From an uncultured Chloroflexia bacterium (GTDB lineage: Bacteria; Chloroflexota; Limnocylindria; Limnocylindrales; CSP1-4): 64,000 nt of DNA. The stretch is taken from positions 2,464,001 through 2,528,000 of the forward strand of contig CAWHDR010000001.1 in NCBI GenBank assembly GCA_963828165.1, read 5' to 3'. The notes under the pieces were generated by a model. That model was given only the letters and a program-made list of their open reading frames with translations, was not told the DNA's origin and searched no databases. Every line of letters begins with the position of its first letter. The stretch's first letter is position 1. This document shows positions 60,422 through 64,000 of this stretch, piece after piece. Position numbers and translations under genes: made by a program.

Positions 60422-61426
60422 CCGAGGTCCTGGAGCAGCTCCGCGAGCATCAGGGCATTCGTCGCGCCGTAGTTGGCGTAGCAGTTGTTGAAGAGGACGT
60501 GGGTTTGCTTCGCCTGTCCGGCGGCTTCGCGTACGCGCGGCACCCACTCCTCGAGCTCATCCTCGTCGTACAGGTAGCGGAAGCGCTCGACGGTCTTGAT
60601 GCCGGGCTTCTCCCAGGTCTCGGTGCGGCGGCCGTGGAAGCGCACCAGCGCGAGTTCCGGTGATGTCGCGGCGACGATCGGCGGCACGCTCGACTTGAAG
60701 CCCTGCGGCCCATCGACCATCACCATCGGGATCTCGCGGTCGCCGAGGAACTTGAGCGTGCGCTCGATGTTCTTGTCGTTGAACCACGAGGCGCTGCGGA
60801 ACTCGACGGCCGGCGTCATCCCGACATCCCGCAGCCGGGCGACCAATTCCTCGATCGTGTCGCGGTTCTCCGACGAGGTGAAGAACCAGCGCGGGTACTG
60901 GAGCAGGATCGAGCCGAGCTGTCCGGCCTCCTGGAGGGGCTCGAGTCCGTCGGCGAACCAGGCCCACACGTCGTCCTTGAGCGCGTCGGGCAGGTCCTTG
61001 GCATAGATCCGCGCCTTTTCGGCGACTTCGCCGGGCAGGGCCTCGCGCAGGTCCCTGGGGAGGCGCTTCGTCTCGGTCGGCTGGCCGGTCATCAGGGCAT
61101 GCGCCTTGATGTCGAAGGTGAAGTCGGGCGGCGTGCGCTCGACCCACAGCTCCGAGGTGCGCCGAACCGGCAGCGAGTAGTAGGTCGCGTCGACCTCGAC
61201 CAACGGGAAGCGCGACGCATAGAACTGGAGCCGCTCTTCTGCGGAGTCGGCGCCCGCGGGGTAGAAGACCCCGGAAGCCGTCATCGTGGGATCGGTCCAC
61301 GACGCCGTCCCGATGCGAATCGCACCGCCGCCCTTGATCTCCAGCGGGGTTCGCGGCGATGTCCGACGGCCCGTCGAAGGTCGCCGCGGCGGCGTCCGGG
61401 CCGGGATCGTGGGCGTTGTCGGTCAT
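60418..61426 (-). CDS. DUF72 family protein; frameshift ~61340
   Basis: IRIGTASW, VEVDATYY, FDIKA, LLQYP, VEFR, VRFHGR, FNN. Confidence 0.9.
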
Positions 61427-61498
61427 GCCCGCAGGGTACCCGGCCGGACGCCAGGAGTCGTCACCGTGACTCGGCGCGAGACCGTCTACGATGCGTCC

Positions 61499-61774
61499 GT
61501 GGACGACGACGACCGCAGCCTCGATCTCCACCTGGAGATCGCCGATGAGGAGGAGTTCGAGGAGCTGGAGCGCGCCCTGCTGAAGGCCCGGGCGACCGAG
61601 CTCGGCGAGGTCCGCCGGCGCGATATCCGGCTGACGGCTGGGTACGGCGACGCGACCACCCGCGACGTGCTCGACGATGAAAGCCGCCGAGCCCGGATCC
61701 GTTACGACGTCCTGGGCAAGCTGCTCGATGCGCTCCGCTCGGGCCGCGGGACCGGGCGAGACAAGGGCGCCTGA
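61499..61774 (+). CDS. Small hypothetical protein
   Basis: TACGAT-N6-GTG leaderless start; helical, protein-like composition. Confidence 0.6.
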   Translation: MDDDDRSLDLHLEIADEEEFEELERALLKARATELGEVRRRDIRLTAGYGDATTRDVLDDESRRARIRYDVLGKLLDALRSGRGTGRDKGA

Positions 61775-61798
61775 CCGGCCCCGAACCCGGACGCTCGG

Positions 61799-63209
61799 TC
61801 AGCTGCCCGCCGCGACGCCCCGATCCGCGGTCCTGACGGCCCGTGCGGGCAGGAACAGCGATGCGATCGTGACCCCGACCGCGACGGCCGCGAGCAGCCC
61901 GAAGCCCGTCGACACCCCTGCCGGCCGTGACGGTCCCGCCAAGGACCGCCCCGGCGAGCGTCGCCCCGATGGCCCCGCCGATGTATCGGCCGGTCAGGTA
62001 CGTGCCGGCGGCCATCCCCACTCGTTCCGGTTCGATCGCTTCGAGCGCTGCCGCCTGCCGAGGCGCACCCGCCAGCCCCATCCCGAACCCGACCAGCGCC
62101 AGCACCAGGCCCAGGAGGAGCGCGGTGGCCTCGGGCGCGACGAGCCATAGGACCGCCAGCCCGACGACGCACGTCAGCATGCCCATCACGGCGGGCCGGC
62201 GGCGCCCGACGGCATCGGACATCCGACCGCCGATGGGAGCCGCGATCGCGCCAAGCGCGGAGATGCCGAGCAACACGATGCCGCTCGTCTGGGCGTTCCC
62301 CGCCTGGAGCTCCTCGACGAGCAGCGGCACGAGGACCAGGGTGCCGTGGAGGATCACGGTCGCCCCGAACACCCCGACCACCGCCGCCGAGAACGACCGC
62401 GAGGCGAACAGCTTTGGATCGACCGCCGGGTGCTCGGTCCGACGCTCGATCAGCACGAAGATCGCCAGGAGCAGGGCCGCCGCGGCGACCGCGAGGAGCG
62501 GCGAGCCACCGCTCTCCAGCTCGCGCAGTCCGAGGAGCAGCGACATCAGGAACCCGGCAAGGAGGCCCAGTCCGGGAAGATCGATCGGTCGTGGCGTCCC
62601 TCGGATCTTCACGGCCCTGGGTCGCGCGAGTGCGCCCACCGCGACCGCCGCGAGCAGTGCCACGGGCACCGCCACGATGAAGATCCACCGCCAGCCGAGG
62701 CCGGCGACCAGGAGGCCGCCGACGAGCGGGCCGACGGCCGCGCTCGTGGACACCAGCATGTCGAACAACCCGAACGCCGAGCCTCGTCGATCGGGCGGTG
62801 CCATCTCGCGCAGCAGCGCCACGGAGCTCGTCGAGACGAGTGCCCCGGTGACGGCCTGGAGCACCCGCGACAGCGCGAGCAGTTCGAAGGACATGGCCGT
62901 GGCCGCGAGCGCCGAGGCCAGCGCGAAGGCGCCTACGCCGAAAAGGAACACGCGTCGATGGCCGAATCGGTCCCCGAGGCTGCCGCTCGCCGGCAGCGCG
63001 ATCGCGACCGCGCCGAGGTACAGCGTGACGAGGGAGGCGACCGTGGCCGCGCCCACCCCGAACTCGTCCATCACGCTGGGAAGCGCGACCGCGAGCATCG
63101 TGGAGTTGAGGGGCACCAGGATCGCCCCGGACGCCAGTCCGAGCATCGCGCCGGTGATCAGGCGGGCCTGACCGCCCGCCGGGGCCGTCTCCTCAGCGCC
63201 CCCGGTCAC
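61799..63209 (-). CDS. DHA2-like MFS efflux transporter; indel ~61920
   Basis: LNSTMLAVALP, GSLGDRFGHRR, GPLVGG..GWRWIF, GGRMSD.VGRR; GTGA-coupled to the upstream gene. Confidence 0.88.
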
Positions 63210-64000
63210 AACAGCCGGACGTAGCCCGTCGTCCCGTCCAGCTCGAGCTGCTGACCGTCGGCGATCCGTGTCGTGGCATCGCCCGTGCCGACGACCGCGG
63301 GAAGATCGAACTCGCGTGCCACGACGGCCGCGTGGGAGAGGACGCCGCCGGTGTTCGTCACGAGACCACCGGCGATCGAGAAGAGCGGCACCCACGACGG
63401 GTTCGACGAGGGCGCCACGATGATGTCCCCTGGCTGCACGCGGGCGAAATCCTGGGGCCCCAACACGATCCGTGCCGGCCCCCGGGCGAGGCCGGCGGAG
63501 GCACCGGTCCCGCGCACGATCGCCTCGTCCTCCTTCGCGAAGCGCTCCCCGCCGAATCGTCCGGACGATCCCTCGTCGGAGGGCTTCCCGATCCTGGACG
63601 GCGGCGTGTAGTTCCGCCAATGGTCGTGCTCGTCCTTCCGCGCGGAGACGATCCCTCGTCGGTCCTCGGGTTCGCGCAGGAGATCGGGTATCTCGGCGCG
63701 GCGAAGGAAGAGCACGTCATCCGTTCGCTCGATGACACCGGCCTCCGCGAGCCGAGCCCCGACCCGCATCACGAAGGTTCGCAGCCGGGCCTGCGCCATC
63801 CGATCGATCCAGTAGTTGTGCGTTTCCGTGATGGGCCCGATCTGACGAGCGAGGCCCAGCAGCCGTTCGAATTCCGCGAGTTGGTCGGGCTGATCGGAGA
63901 GTCGCGTCCGGACGCCGTCCGCGAGCGCGTCGGCCTCACGCGCCAGACGCGCCGCGCGCGTGACGGCGGGCTCGACCGGGTGCTCGAGCCGCTTGGCGAC
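63206..64000 (-). CDS. PEP-utilising enzyme, C-terminal part with swivel phospho-His domain (PEP synthase/rifampin phosphotransferase-like); runs off the window
   Basis: GTGASAG, PGDIIVA....PSW.PLF, GGVLSHAAVVAREF.LPAVVG, DGTTG.V. Confidence 0.85.
   Translation of the reverse strand, partial: VAKRLEHPVEPAVTRAARLAREADALADGVRTRLSDQPDQLAEFERLLGLARQIGPITETHNYWIDRMAQARLRTFVMRVGARLAEAGVIERTDDVLFLRRAEIPDLLREPEDRRGIVSARKDEHDHWRNYTPPSRIGKPSDEGSSGRFGGERFAKEDEAIVRGTGASAGLARGPARIVLGPQDFARVQPGDIIVAPSSNPSWVPLFSIAGGLVTNTGGVLSHAAVVAREFDLPAVVGTGDATTRIADGQQLELDGTTGYVRLL

Overview
High-GC bacterial chromosomal window. The gene content (Ser/Pro-linker lipoproteins, ECF sigma pairs, split cytochrome b6, many leaderless genes) suggests Chloroflexota, possibly Limnocylindria; this is inference only. 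About 15 otherwise intact genes carry single-base indels, typical of unpolished long-read sequence, so the ORF track splits or fuses real genes. Bases ~140-11,250 form a defence island that looks less GC-rich by eye. It holds a MORC/GHKL ATPase - SF2/Z1 - PD-(D/E)XK (DUF4420) - AIPR operon (Mza-like, no mzaA visible). Facing it is an HTH - Dcm-like 5mC methyltransferase - EcoRII-like nuclease - Vsr operon under a palindromic leaderless promoter, then a BrnT/BrnA pair. The remainder holds a trypsin protease-MoxR-DUF58-VWA-VWA operon, VapBC, two paralogous ECF sigma/anti-sigma-like pairs, ettA, Fic, an ~850-bp composite repeat zone, glycosyltransferases, an HtrA/peptidase/GH18 cluster, a sugar ABC-GH144-like-GH39 locus, deaD, an orphan cytochrome b6-type gene and a partial PEP-utilising enzyme. 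No rRNA, tRNA, CRISPR array, integrase or transposase was recognised. All family calls come from motif recognition, not database searches.
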